Shown here: piece by piece, positions 38,776-51,902 of the stretch
Position numbering within the stretch: position 1 is the first letter of the stretch
Layout of the letters: every line of letters starts with the position of its first letter
The notes under the pieces: model-generated
Seen by the model: only the letters and a program-made list of their open reading frames with translations
Database searches by the model: none
Told to the model about the DNA's origin: nothing
Assembly (NCBI GenBank): GCA_964016885.1
Contig: OZ024740.1
Location: 79,794,001-79,858,000 of the forward strand
Source: Eledone cirrhosa
Taxonomy: Eukaryota
Direction: 5' to 3'
DNA: 64,000 bases
Position numbers and translations under genes: made by a program

Positions 38776-39450
38776 TCATCATCATCGTTTAACGTCCATC
38801 TTCCACGCTAGCATGGGTCTGGAGTGGAGTTGTCCCACTTGAGGCAAGACTGGTTGTCTTGCTCAGGACTGTCTGACAGGTTTTCTATGGCTGGATGCCC
38901 TTCCTAACACCAACCACGTTTACAGTGTGGACTGGGAGCTTTTTACCATGTTACCCACATGGCCACATTATAGCGTGGACTGTGTGTTTTTTTGTCGTGA
39001 CACCTACACGACCTCATTTATTTAGGACTGGATGTTGTGGTACCAACATAGCTTTACATCGAAAGGGGTGGTGTAGATGGCAGTAGGGGTAGGTGTAGTG
39101 GGACGGGGGTATATTTTGGTTAAAAGGTGCCTACTGACTGTAGGTTTCGCTTTGTACTTAGGCAAGGCGGGTCTTCTGTATTACTACGCCAAAGATCTCG
39201 GTCCAGTGACATTGTCTTGGAGAGGTGTAAGTGTGTGAGGTCGGATTTTATCAAGTTGTCCCAGGTTTTTCTGGGTCTGCCTACTCCGTAGCTACCGTCT
39301 ATTTTGATCGCCCTGCACTTTTTTATACAGCTGTCATCTTTCATGCGCATCACGTGACCATACCAACGTAGTCTCCTCTCGAGTAAACAGCATCTGATCC
39401 CTGTTATTCCTAATTTCTCACTTAGTTCATTTATGCTTTGCCATTCGCAT
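38776..39450 (-). mobile_element. RTE LINE 3' fragment
   Basis: ORF 39120-39527 contains ERRLRWYGHVMRMKDD; 3' UTR as in 19834-20661. Confidence 0.9.
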
Positions 39451-39484
39451 AAATGAACTAAGTGAGAAATTATATATATATATA

Positions 39485-39871
39485 TCATCATCATCACCGC
39501 TTTATGTCCGTTCTTCCACACTAGCATGGGTTAGACGGGTTGTCCAGTTGTGGGCAGTGTCCGGTTGGGTGACCTTGTCTTGCTCATACAGGAACTGATT
39601 CTGGCTTGATTTCTACAGCTGGATGCCCTTCCCTACACCAACCTCATTTACAATGAGTGCTGGGTGCCTTCTTTTCCGTGGTGCCTACACGTCCACTTTG
39701 CAGTGGAATGATAGGGACCCCAGTCCTATCATCTCATTTCTACAGCTGAGTAAACTGGAGCAATGTGAAATAAAGTGTCTTGCTCAAGGAAACAACACAT
39801 CACCCGGTCTGAGAATTGAATTCACAACCTTTCGATTGCAAGCCCAATGCTCTAACTACTAAGCCATGTGC
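39485..39871 (-). mobile_element. SINE (family of 10100) with an alternative RTE tail matching 430-540
   Basis: Head and body match 10100; 39500-39600 matches 433-535. Confidence 0.88.
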
Positions 39872-39885
39872 ATATATATATATCT

Positions 39886-40670
39886 GTCTGAGACTTTGCT
39901 GTGTATCATCACCCAAACACTGCCATCTTACGTACAGATTAACTATAAGTGTGCATTCTGACAATCTGCTTGCATTTTCTCACTTGAAAGCCTATTAACT
40001 CATAGAGTGAGTAAGTGGTGGCTGGAGCTTGCTGGAGTTTATTCAGTGACCTTCATAAACTAATGAATATATTTTATCCCAGTTTGGCTGGTTTGCTTCC
40101 TGTGTAAGGTGAATTTTTCTTTTTATATATTAGTTATTCAATTTTATATTTCCAACTCTGTCCTTGTATATAAATATTTTAAACTGGATGAGTGCTTTTT
40201 GGTGGGAATTCCAGTTTTTGAATTTAACCTACCAAATGTGTTTCCTCAACAACAGTCTTCCTCTTTTCAGAGGCAATGTGTCATAACAACACTGAACTGT
40301 TAGAATTGGTAAGGGTAGTGTTGTGTATGGACATGTTCACTTAAAGACCACTATGTTGGGATGGACATATCCTGCTGATGAAGTGCAACAAGGCCTGATT
40401 GCATAATATCTGCTAATATTAGGCAGTTCTCTGCAAATAACACTTTTAGTAACAACTGTTATTGGTTGCTCAGAAACAGTAGCGTCTGGGACTTGGATAT
40501 GTAAGTATCATCACCCAAACATTGCTACTATACTTACTGATTAACTATAAGTGTGCACTCTGACAATTCATTGGCATTTTCTCACTTGCAAGCCTATTAG
40601 GTCATTGAGTATAACTGATGGTCAGAGCTTGCTGAAGTAAATTTGGCGTCCTTCATAAACTAATCAATAT
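39886..40670 (+). repeat. ~598-bp hammerhead-bearing unit plus ~185-bp diverged terminal repeat
   Basis: 39886-40070 aligns with 40484-40670. Confidence 0.75.
40370..40491 (+). ncRNA. Hammerhead motif with long stem II, decayed
   Basis: tcctg-CTGATGA-agt gcaac...gttgc tca-GAAAC-agtagc-GTC-tggga. Confidence 0.62.
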
Positions 40671-40680
40671 ATATATATAT

Positions 40681-41020
40681 GTGGAGGCACATGGCTTAGT
40701 GGTTAGAGCATTGGCCTTGCAATCGAAAGGTTGTGAGTTCAATTCTCAGACCGGGTGATGTGTTGTTTCCTTGAGCAAGACACTTTATTTCACATTGCTT
40801 CAGTTTAGTCAGCTGTAGAAATGAGATGATAGGGACTGGGGTCCAAATCATTTCACTGTAAAGTGGTCGTGTAGGTGCCACGGAAAAAAAGCACCCAGCA
40901 CTCACTGTAAATGAGGTTGGTGTTAGGAAGGGTATCCAGCTGTAGAAATCAAGCCAGAATCAGTTCCTGTCCCACCCCTGCAAGCAGGGAAAAGGGGACA
41001 TATAATGAAAAATGAAATGA
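40681..41020 (+). mobile_element. Full-length SINE (family of 10100)
   Basis: Direct match. Confidence 0.92.
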
Positions 41021-41284
41021 AAATGTGTGTGTGTGTGTATGCATGTATATAAATATATATATATATATCTAATCCATGCTACCATGGAAAGTGGAAGTTA
41101 AACGATGATGATGATGATATATATATATACATACACTCTTCTGACAATTTCCCTAGATATTGCTAAATAATCAATAATGCAAGTTGACACATCAGTGGGC
41201 ACTACCAAGTGAGTGACTCATCATTTATTGCTTCACTACTTGTTTATGTAGCTATATATTTTATAGCAAAATTACTAAACTATA

Positions 41285-41615
41285 CCACTATTGGTTACAT
41301 GTCTTTTACAGTAGCATCACTGGTTACATGCCTCCTGCAGGTTCACTATTGGTTACATGTCCTCTACAAGTTCACTATTTGTTATGGCTCCTATAATTCC
41401 ATCATTGGTTACATGTCTCCTATAGTTCCATCATTGGTTACAAATCCTCTACATGTTCATTATTGGTTACATGTCCCCTACAAGTTCACTATTGGTTACA
41501 TGTCCCCTACAAGTTCATTCTTGCTTAGATGTCTCCTTCAGGTTCATTATTGGTTACATGTCCCCTACAAGTTCATTATTGGTTACATGTCCCCTACATG
41601 TTCATTATTGGTTCA
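41285..41615. repeat. ~30-bp minisatellite (attggttacatgtcccctacaagttcatt), ~11 copies
   Basis: ttggttacatg recurs every ~30 bp. Confidence 0.9.
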
Positions 41616-41740
41616 TTGCATTTCTGACAGTACAAAGGACAAGCAGAACAAAAATCATAAGCCACTTTGTTTGGAATGCATATCATGATTGTGAAGTGAG
41701 CTTATTAACTAACTTTGACTGCACCCACTATCTCTCTCTC

Positions 41741-41782
<42 letters not shown>

Positions 41783-42034
41783 AAAGAGTTGGGACTTGAC
41801 AGCTGACCTGTTGCTGTTTCAACAGCTAGTTCTGGACTCGTTATAATATAGCCATACTCTACTACACCAAGTATTGAGTATTCTGTTGAATAATGGTTTC
41901 ACTAGTTTTAAACAGGTTCTATTTTGATTTATATCATCACCATCACTGTTTAATGTCCATTTTCCATGCTAGTATGGGTTGTCCTATTTGACGCAAGTCG
42001 AGGTCAGATGACCATGTCTTGCTCATATATATAT

Positions 42035-42775
42035 CATCATTTTACATACATTTTTCCATTCTTGCATGGGTTGGACAGGTCCTTTCCAGCACAACCTTCC
42101 TTCACTAATAGCATTTCTTTGAGGTTCAGCATTTTGAGATCAGCTCTAATCACTTCTGCCCAGGTTATTCTTCAGCCAGCATTCATCATTCATACACATA
42201 TGTCCATATCATCGCAGTCTTTTCCCTCGCATACTACATCTGATTCATCTTACACCTAATTTTTCTCTCGGTTCATCCATGCTCTGTTGTTCATGTATGC
42301 TAGCTAATATTATACATCCAACAGAGCATGGTCACTTCATTTCTCTCTGGTTTTTGTATATCCTCTACATTTACAGCCTGTGTCTCACTGCCATGCAGCA
42401 TTCCATTTCTCATATGGATATTATACAATCTTCACTTCACTCAGAGAGAAAATTCCTTTATTGTCATCAGAGACAGTAGCTCCCTAAAATTTTTCCAGCC
42501 TGCTCATATTCTAGTTACTATGCGACCTCTTCCACTGCTAATTAGGTCACCTAAGTAACAGAAACTACCAACTACTTCTATGGTACCTTCTTGGAATTGG
42601 AAAAGGTATATTCCACTGCTGCTCTTACTAACTGCTATCTCTGTACATCTGCAAAGTCTATCTTTTCTGTTAGCTTGTCTACAATCCCACTACATTTCTT
42701 GTGTACCCACACATTACATTGAGCATGGCCACTTCCCTGATGGAATCAGAGTCTTGTCTTCTTTCCTACAAACCC
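42035..42775 (-). mobile_element. Old, degraded RTE LINE 3' fragment
   Basis: Minus strand encodes remnants of DKTLIPSGKWPCS, WVHK.CSGI, YLGDLIS and LHGSET. Confidence 0.78.
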
Positions 42776-44428
42776 ATCCCCAGCATTATCATAATATGTA
42801 TGTATGTAAATATGGACGCTTTCATTGTCAGGTGGTTAAAGTGTTCACCTAGCAACCATGTCTTAAACAATTGTCTTTTACCATAGCCTAGAGCTAACCA
42901 AAGTCTTGTGAGTGAAACTAGGTAGATGGAAACTTCATCGAAGCCCATCAGATGGACTCTACCTGTAATTCAAAGGTGCAGCCTTCTCATGGTGTATACT
43001 GGGTGCATTTATTGTGTAGATCATCAACCCTTTGTTTGGAAAGCTCTCTATGGCCAGATGCAGTTCCTATCACTAACCTCTTTACAGCATGTACTAGGAA
43101 GCATTTATTATGTAGATCACCAACACTAGGGAGGCTGTCATGCCATTGAGCCAACCGAAGGGCCCTCTCAACCCTTTTAGGCAAGATTTCTATAGTGAGG
43201 GTGCCTTTCCTGTTGCCAAACTACCTTACAGAATGTACTAGGTGTATTTTCTTGGCACTAACACTAGAGAGGTTGTTGGTCATTGTCCCAACTAAAGAGC
43301 CCTCTCTGCTCTGTGGGGGTTGGGGGGGGGGCATGAGAAGGGAGATAAGTATGAAGTTATGGATGTATGAATAAGGTACATTAGATAATATAATTACCCA
43401 GACAAGCCTGATGAGACTTGATTGGGTAATTATATTATCTAATGTATCTTATTTTAAAAGTTTTGGGAAAATTTGGCTGCTATTTCTAGCAAGTTAAATG
43501 ACTGTCAAAAGGCTCCCTCATGTTCTTAGCAGTAAAATTATAGGTAAAGTTACATACATCAGTGTAGCAGACGTCTGATGATGTTTAATGTCTGTCTGTA
43601 ATGTTTTATCCGAAGATAAACATAACACCGATTCCTATTAATGCAACATTCCTTCTCTGCTATATCTTCCTCTTCTGCCTACTCTTCCTATTACCTAATA
43701 TTCTGTAATTTCCTGGCACCATTATTACCAACATCATCCAAGATCAATATTATGAAACAAAATATGCAAATCCTGTATTGATTCCAATTTAGAATAACAC
43801 TCTATTGTTTCCATTATCTGATGTTTTACTCTAACTTCTTACCAACAATGTATGCATAATTCACATACTCTGTTGTCTGCCGACACATATTTTTGCATAA
43901 ACCACAGTTTTCTCTTCTTATGTACCCCTTCCCTTCTACCAGATACTCCCCACTAAAGCTCTCCTACCTATTTTTAAAAGAAAGAAAAGAAAATGTAACG
44001 AGGAAAGTATTTACAGACCATGTATATGTGTTTGTATTTATCTCCAGGTCTGTATTGTTGTTATTTGTAATGTTTTGCCCAAGGTCAGCTTCAATCAAGC
44101 AAACCTTATTACCATAGGCATTCCAACCATGGCCATCTTGTCCCTTTTGCTACATGCAGGGAACCCAGGACGATATCTAATGTGTCCTTTTCTAAGGTGG
44201 GGATGTGATTAGAAGGCGATTTCACTATTATTTCTAGCATATTGAATGGCTACATATCTCATTTACTCTCAGGTTTCAAATAAGGGTGTGTGTGTGGAAA
44301 ATCAATAATTTTTCTAGGTTGTCTTGATTTAAAAAAAACCTGAATTTGTTGTTTAGTGTACATATTGAGACCCCAATCCACACTTTATTTTATAATATGA
44401 GATTTCTAGTAATGTCCTTTTCTTGTCA

Positions 44429-45339
44429 TCTATATATATAAAACTGAGGATGTCTGTCTGTGTGTGTGTGAGTTTGAATCCCTAAAACTCGAGAACCACC
44501 CAACCGACTGTTTTCAAACTTTACACATAATACTTATGTTTCAGGGAGTGTTCTGAGCAAAAAGAATTTCAAATTTTCAATGCCCTAGGGACCACATTAG
44601 GCGATTTAGCGATCTCTCTCTATAATTCTTAGTCTTTCTCTTTTTAGATAGATACATACATATAACATCGCGCCCTTATAATATCTGTCTGTATGTGTGA
44701 CTGTCTGCACTACGTCACTTCCCTCAGGATGTCTGTCTGTGTGTGTGTGTGTCTGTGAGTTTGAATCCCTAAAACTTGAAGTACCCAACCGACTTTTTTT
44801 AAACTTTACATGTGTATTACTTGTTTCAGATAGTGTTATGCACATAAAACAAAAAATAACTTTTTGATCCCCTAGGGCATTAGTTGAAAAACTGCGTTTT
44901 TTTCAGGTTTTTAGGGGTTTTTTGAGTCGTTACGTCAGACTTATTTCCTTGAAATTGTAACTATGTATAAGTCAGTTTCTTCTTCATACCGTAAGCAAAG
45001 AAAATCCAACATTCTTATGGCCTAGGGCCCACATTAGGTGAAAAATTTCATTTTTTCAGCTTTTTAGAGCTTTTTTGAGGCGTTACGTCTAGCCGATTTT
45101 CCCGAAATTTCAAGGCATATTATGCACATAAAAAATTCATTTTCTTGATCCCCTAGGGCCCTCATTAGGTGAAAACCTGCATTTTTCCTGCTTCATCGAG
45201 GAAAATCTTAAAGATTATCCAGCCATCAGAGTATTCGGTTTATTTTCTTTACATATTGTCCACGCATGCAGTTTTTCCACGATTGGCATCCCACGTTCCA
45301 AAATACCTTATCCCGTGCAACGCCGGGTACCACTGCTAG
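44429..45339 (+). mobile_element. Non-autonomous Helitron
   Basis: A|TC start (tctatatatataaaa); 3' hairpin cccgtgcaacgccggg followed by CTAG|T; internal repeat of the 5' block. Confidence 0.88.
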
Positions 45340-46062
45340 TGTATTATAAAGTGGTTGTGTAGGTGTCATGATAAAAATTATCCAGCACACACTGTAAATG
45401 TGGTTGGTGTTAGGAAAGGCATCCCAAGACACAATCACCTGACCTGACTTGCCTCAAATGCAGCAACCAGTCTAACCCATGCTAGCATAGAAAATAGACG
45501 TTAAACGATAATTATGATGATGTTTTTTAATGTATAAAGAAAATTAATTGTTTCAAGGAATGCTACCACTTAAAATAAAATTTTGCAAGAGATAAATTGG
45601 CAAAATTTAATAAGCTGGGGTGAGGTGGGGGTGGGGATATCAAAATTGATGGGGGGGGGGGGAGACTATTATTCAAGGCCTGAGAGTACATACCAGTTTT
45701 GACATGGTTTCTACAGCTGGATTCCTTTCCTAACACCACCCACCTCGCAGAGTGTACTAATTGTAATATTGAAAATGTGTGACAGTAAAAAAAATAAGAA
45801 TTGTATGAAGTTATCACAACAGAGAAAGATATTGAGAAGTATTACAGTAGTAAGTGTGGTAGGAAGGAATGAGTTATTAATGTATCGTAAACATATGACT
45901 AAGACTAAAGGTGCTAAGACAGGTCATAGTAATAAGTATTATAGTGATTGTTATTGTAGATGTAGTAATAAAGAAATGGTTTTACTGTCAAACTTCCGAC
46001 TGTCACATTTAGAAAAGAATTATGGTTACAAAAAGTGTGACAGTAAAATCATTTATAGTTAC

Positions 46063-48955
46063 ACAGGGAATAACTTATTCTATCAATGATGATAGTACAT
46101 GATGTTATACAGGGAATAACTTATTCTATCAATGGTGATAGTACATGATGTTATACAGGGAATAACTTATTCTATCAATGATGATAGTACATGATGTTAT
46201 ACAGGGTATAACTTATTCTATCAATGGTGATAGTACATGATGTTATACAGGGAATAACTTACTCTATCAATGGTGATAGTACATGATGTTATACAGGGAA
46301 TAACTTATTCCATCAATGGTGATAGTACATGATGTTATACAGGGAATAACTTATTCTATCAATGATGATAGTACATGATGTTATACAGGGAATAACTTAT
46401 TCTATCAATGGTGATAGTACATGATGTTATACAGGGAATAACTTACTCTATCAATGGTGATAGTACATGATGTTATACAGGGAATAACTTATTCTATCAA
46501 TGGTGATAGTACATGATGTTATACAGGGAATAACTTATGCTATCAATGGTGATAGTACATGATGTTATACAGGGAATAACTTACTCTATCAATGGTGATA
46601 GTACATGATGTTATACAGGGAATAACTTACTCTATCAATGGTGATAGTACATGATGTTATACAGGGAATAACTTATTCTATCAATGGTGATAGTACATGA
46701 TGTTATGCAGGGTATAACTTACTCTATCAATGATGATAGTACATGATGTTATACAGGGAATAACTTATTCTATCAATGGTGATAGTACATGATGTTATAC
46801 AGGGAATAACTTATTCTATCAATGGTGATAGTACATGATGTTATACAGGGAATAACTTATTCTATCAATGGTGATAGTACATGATGTTATACAGGGAATA
46901 ACTTATTCTATCAATGGTGATAGTACATGATGTTATGCAGGGAATAACTTATTCTATCAATGATGATAGTACATGATGTTACACAGGGAATAACTTATTC
47001 TATCAATGGTGATAGTACATGATGTTATACAGGGAATAACTTATTCTATCAATGATGATAGTACATGATGTTATACAGGGAATAACTTATTCTATCAATG
47101 ATGATAGTACATGATGTTACACAGGGAATAACTTATTCTATCAATGGTGATAGTACATGATGTTATAGAGGGAATAACTTATTCTATCAATTGTGATAGT
47201 ACATGATGTTATACAGGGAATAACTTACTCTATTAATGATGATAGTACATGATGTTATACAGGGAATAACTTACTCTATCAATGGTGATAGTACATGATG
47301 TTACACAGGGAATAACTTATTCTATCAATGATGATAGTACATGATGTTATACAGGGAATAACTTACTCTATCAATGGTGATAGTACATGATGTTATACAG
47401 GGAATAACTTACTCTATCAATGGTGATAGTACATGATGTTATACAGGGAATAACTTATTCTATCAATGGTGATAGTACATGATGTTATACAGGGAATAAC
47501 TTATACTATCAATGATGATAGTACATGATGTTATACAGGGTATAACTTATTCTATCAATGGTGATAGTACATGATGTTATACAGGGAATAACTTACTCTA
47601 TCAATGGTGATAGTACATGATGTTATACAAGGAATAACTTATTCTATCAATGGTGATACTACATGATGTTATACAGGGAATAACTTACTCTATCAATGGT
47701 GATAGTACATGATGTTATACAAGGAATAACTTATTCTATCAATGGTGATACTACATGATGATATACAGGGAATAACTTATTCCATCAATGATGATAGTAC
47801 ATGATATTATACAGGGAATAACTTATTCTATCAATGATGATAGTACATGATGTTAGACAGGGAATAACTTATTCTATCAATGGTGATAGTACATGATGTT
47901 ATACAGGGAATAACTTATTCTATCAATGATGATAGTACATGATGTTACACAGGGAATAACTTATTCTATCAATGGTGATAGTACATGATGTTATAGAGGG
48001 AATAACTTATTCTATCAATTGTGATAGTACATGATGTTATACAGGGAATAACTTACTCTATTAATGATGATAGTACATGATGTTATACAGGGAATAACTT
48101 ACTCTATCAATGGTGATAGTACATGATGTTACACAGGGAATAACTTATTCTATCAATGATGATAGTACATGATGTTATACAGGGAATAACTTACTCTATC
48201 AATGGTGATAGTACATGATGTTATACAGGGAATAACTTACTCTATCAATGGTGATAGTACATGATGTTATACAGGGAATAACTTATTCTATCAATGGTGA
48301 TAGTACATGATGTTATACAGGGAATAACTTATACTATCAATGATGATAGTACATGATGTTATACAGGGTATAACTTATTCTATCAATGGTGATAGTACAT
48401 GATGTTATACAGGGAATAACTTACTCTATCAATGGTGATAGTACATGATGTTATACAAGGAATAACTTATTCTATCAATGGTGATACTACATGATGTTAT
48501 ACAGGGAATAACTTACTCTATCAATGGTGATAGTACATGATGTTATACAAGGAATAACTTATTCTATCAATGGTGATACTACATGATGTTATACAGGGAA
48601 TAACTTACTCTATCAATGGTGATAGTACATGATGTTATACAGGGAATAACATATTCTATCAATGGTGATAGTACATGATGTTATACAGGGAATAACTTAC
48701 TCTATCAATGGTGATAGTACATGATGTTATACAGGGAATAACTTATTCTGTCAATGGTGATAGTACATGATGTTATACAGGGAATAACATATTCTATCAA
48801 TGGTGATAGTACATGATGTTATACAGGGAATAACTTACTCTATCAATGGTGATAGTACATGATGTTATACAGGGAATATCTTATTCTATCAATGGTGATA
48901 GTACATGATGTTATACAGGGAATAACTTATTCTGTCAATGGTGATAGTACATGAT
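46063..48955. repeat. 46-bp satellite, ~63 copies (acagggaataacttattctatcaatggtgatagtacatgatgttat)
   Basis: Period counted directly; continues at 49888-50072 and 50540-50690. Confidence 0.98.
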
Positions 48956-49887
48956 AATTAAAATATTGTGTACAGTGCTCAGGTGCACTAGAACTCATCA
49001 AAATGTGTATGTATTGTACATTGGGTAATGTACAAACATCAGGAAAAGAAACAGTGCATGAGTCATGATATACACATATGTGCATGTGTATGGAAGGGGG
49101 ACATCACATGTAGTTTTGGTGAATTTTGGGAAGCATGAGGGTTTTAAAGGTTGCAGTGCCTCGGTAGCTAACAACTGACGCAGGCAATTTGTTCCATGCT
49201 TCAGCAACTCTAAGCGTGAAAAAATGTTTCCGAAAGTCATGGGAGCTGTGCTGTTTTCTGACTTTGTAGGCATGTCCACGTGTGTTACACACATGAAGAT
49301 CAAAAAGGTGCTCAGGGTTGTTGTTGGCGAGATGGTTAATAACTTTGTAGGTGTTTACCAAGTCCATTGCCAGACGTCAGAGCTTCAATGAATCCATGCC
49401 CTGGGAAGCAAGGCGTTCAGAGTATGGTAGGTGTCTGATGGAGGGTATGCGCTTGGTTGCACGTCTCTGAACAGTTTCTAGGAGGTCAATGTTCTAAGCA
49501 AGATAGGGGTTCCAGACTGATGATGCGAATTCCAAGTGTGGTCGTACCATAGCTGTATACAGCTTTAAATAGATGGCTGGAGAGCGGCTGACAAAGGTCT
49601 TGCTGAGTGATGCCAAGACACCCTTGGCCTTCTTGACAATTTTAGAGATGTGCTTTGTCCAACGCAAATCGCTGCTGACAGTAAGTCCAGGTCACCTTCA
49701 CAAGAGGACTTCTTGATATCAGTGTTGTGGAGGGAGTATGTGGACGCTGGATTTTTCCTCCCAAAATGCATGGTGGTACACTTGTCCACAGCCAGCTTCA
49801 GTTGCCAGTCTGTGATCCATTGCTGCATTGTGTCCAGGTCTGATTGTAGGAAAGAGTTATAGATTTCAGAATCTGTCCTTTTGATTT
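48956..49887 (-). mobile_element. CR1-group LINE 3' fragment inserted in the satellite
   Basis: Homologous to 28170-29075; flanked by direct repeat CATGAT (48950-55 / 49888-93). Confidence 0.92.
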
Positions 49888-50072
49888 CATGATGTTATAC
49901 AGGGAATAACTTATTCTATCAATGGTGATAGTACATGGTGTTATACAGGGAATAACTTATTCTGTCAATGGTGATAGTACATGATGTTATACAGGGAATA
50001 ACTTATTCTATCAATGGTGATAGTACATGGTAAGGAATAACTTATACTTTCAATGATGATAGTACATGGTAT

Positions 50073-50539
50073 TATAGACAGGGCAAAAATTTGAAATCTT
50101 TTTCAGTCAAGAAAATTTGTGAAACATAAGTAATACATTTGCAAAGTAAAAAAAAAATTGGTTGGGTACTTCTCAAGTTACAGCCCCTAACGCAACCAAA
50201 ATGCTTCAAAATATCGTTTTTTCGCCTAATGTGGTCCCTCGGGCAAAAAATGAGAAAATCTATTTTTCTCAAAACACTTTAAACGACATAAGTAATGCAA
50301 ATTTTGAATAAATCGCCTGGATTATTGTTCCGTTATGCTTCAAAAAAGCCTTTAAAGCCTAAAATATGTGGCTTTTTGCCTAATGCGGTCCCTAGGGCAT
50401 TGAAAATCTGAAATATTTTTTGCTCAAAACACTCACACAACCATAAGTATTACATGTGTAAAGTTTGAAAAATAAATCGGTTGGGTGGTTCTCGAGTTTT
50501 AGGGGGACAGACAGACATTCTCTGTTTTAGATATATAGA
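50073..50539 (-). mobile_element. Helitron 5' portion (family of 44429) inside the satellite
   Basis: Minus strand tctatatatctaaaacagagaatgtctgtctg...ccctaaaactcgagaaccacccaaccga matches 44429-44520; no CTAG/hairpin end seen. Confidence 0.75.
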
Positions 50540-51556
50540 TAGATAGTACATGGTGTTATACAGGGAATAACTTATTCTTTCAATGATGATAGGACATGAT
50601 GTTATACATGGAATAACTTATTCTTTCAATGATGATAGGACATGATGTTATATACAGAATAACTTCTCTCAATGGTGATAGTATACAGTGTAATACAGTA
50701 TAATGTAGTGTATAAAAAGCTGTTCTCTCTATTTTCAGACAATAGATAAAAGATTACATTAGAGATGTTGAATTATTGATTAAACAAGTAATTGAAAATA
50801 AACTTGATTTGTCTGCAAATGTCACCGCCATCATGTCAGCCATGATTTTAGCAATTCTTCAATATTTAATTAAACTGTTGACATTTCGTTACAATGTTAT
50901 TGCTTCGTTAAAAATGTTGTTGAAAGTATTTCTAGAGATGATAGTTACTGCCAACAATTGGCAGGAAAGGACCCCCCCCCCCTAAAAAATAAAAAATAAA
51001 AAATAAAAAATAAAAAATAAAAAATAAAAAATAAAAAATAAAAAAAGGAAAAAAGATGAAAGAAAACTGTAGAAAAAAAAACACAATAAGAAAATTCTTG
51101 GTTTATTGTTTCTCAAACAAGAGTTGTAATATGATGGTATGCCTAAATACACTATGTCTGAAAAAAAAAGACAGGTGACTTTGAGATGATGGTAGACTTA
51201 GATTAAATATATCTGAAGATCAATGAGATAGTCATGGTTGGATTTGGGGATTTTTTTTATAGGATGACTACAGTCCTTGGTACACTATGGCTGGAGATGA
51301 TGGTAGTTCTAGATACAATATTAGATGGAATGGATTATGCTTGTAATGACTCTAAGATGATAGTAGTCCTAGATAAACTATGTCTGAATAAATGATACTA
51401 TGATTATAGTGGAATATTTTTGATGTAATGACAAATCTAAATACATTGTCTGAAAAAAGATGGGATGGTTATATCTGTAATGATGATGGTAAACAGTTGA
51501 CTTTATTGACTTCTCTTTTAAACTTGACTTTGTCAAGCCAACAAGGGAACCTCTAT

Positions 51557-51902
51557 CATCATCATCATCATCATTTCATTTTACATCAGCTTTTCCCTGC
51601 TTGAAAGGGTGGGACGGGAACTGATTCTGGCTTGATTTCTACAGCTGGATGCCCTTCCTAACGCCAACCTCATTTACAGTGAGTGCTGGGTGCTTTTTTG
51701 CCGTTGCGCCTACACGTCCACTTTGCAGTGGAATGATATGGACCCCAGTCCCTATCATCTCATTTCTACAGCTGAGTAAACTGGAGCAATGTGAAATAAA
51801 GTGTCTTGCTCAAGGAAACAACACATCACCCGGTCTGAGAATTGAACCCACAACCTTTCGATTGCAAGGCCAATGCTCTAACCACTAAGCCATGTGCCTC
51901 CA
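51557..51902 (-). mobile_element. Full-length SINE (family of 10100)
   Basis: Direct match. Confidence 0.92.

Noticed and set aside
46063-48955. CRISPR-like regular array
   Set aside because: Contiguous 46-bp monomers with no unique spacers and no cas genes; eukaryotic satellite
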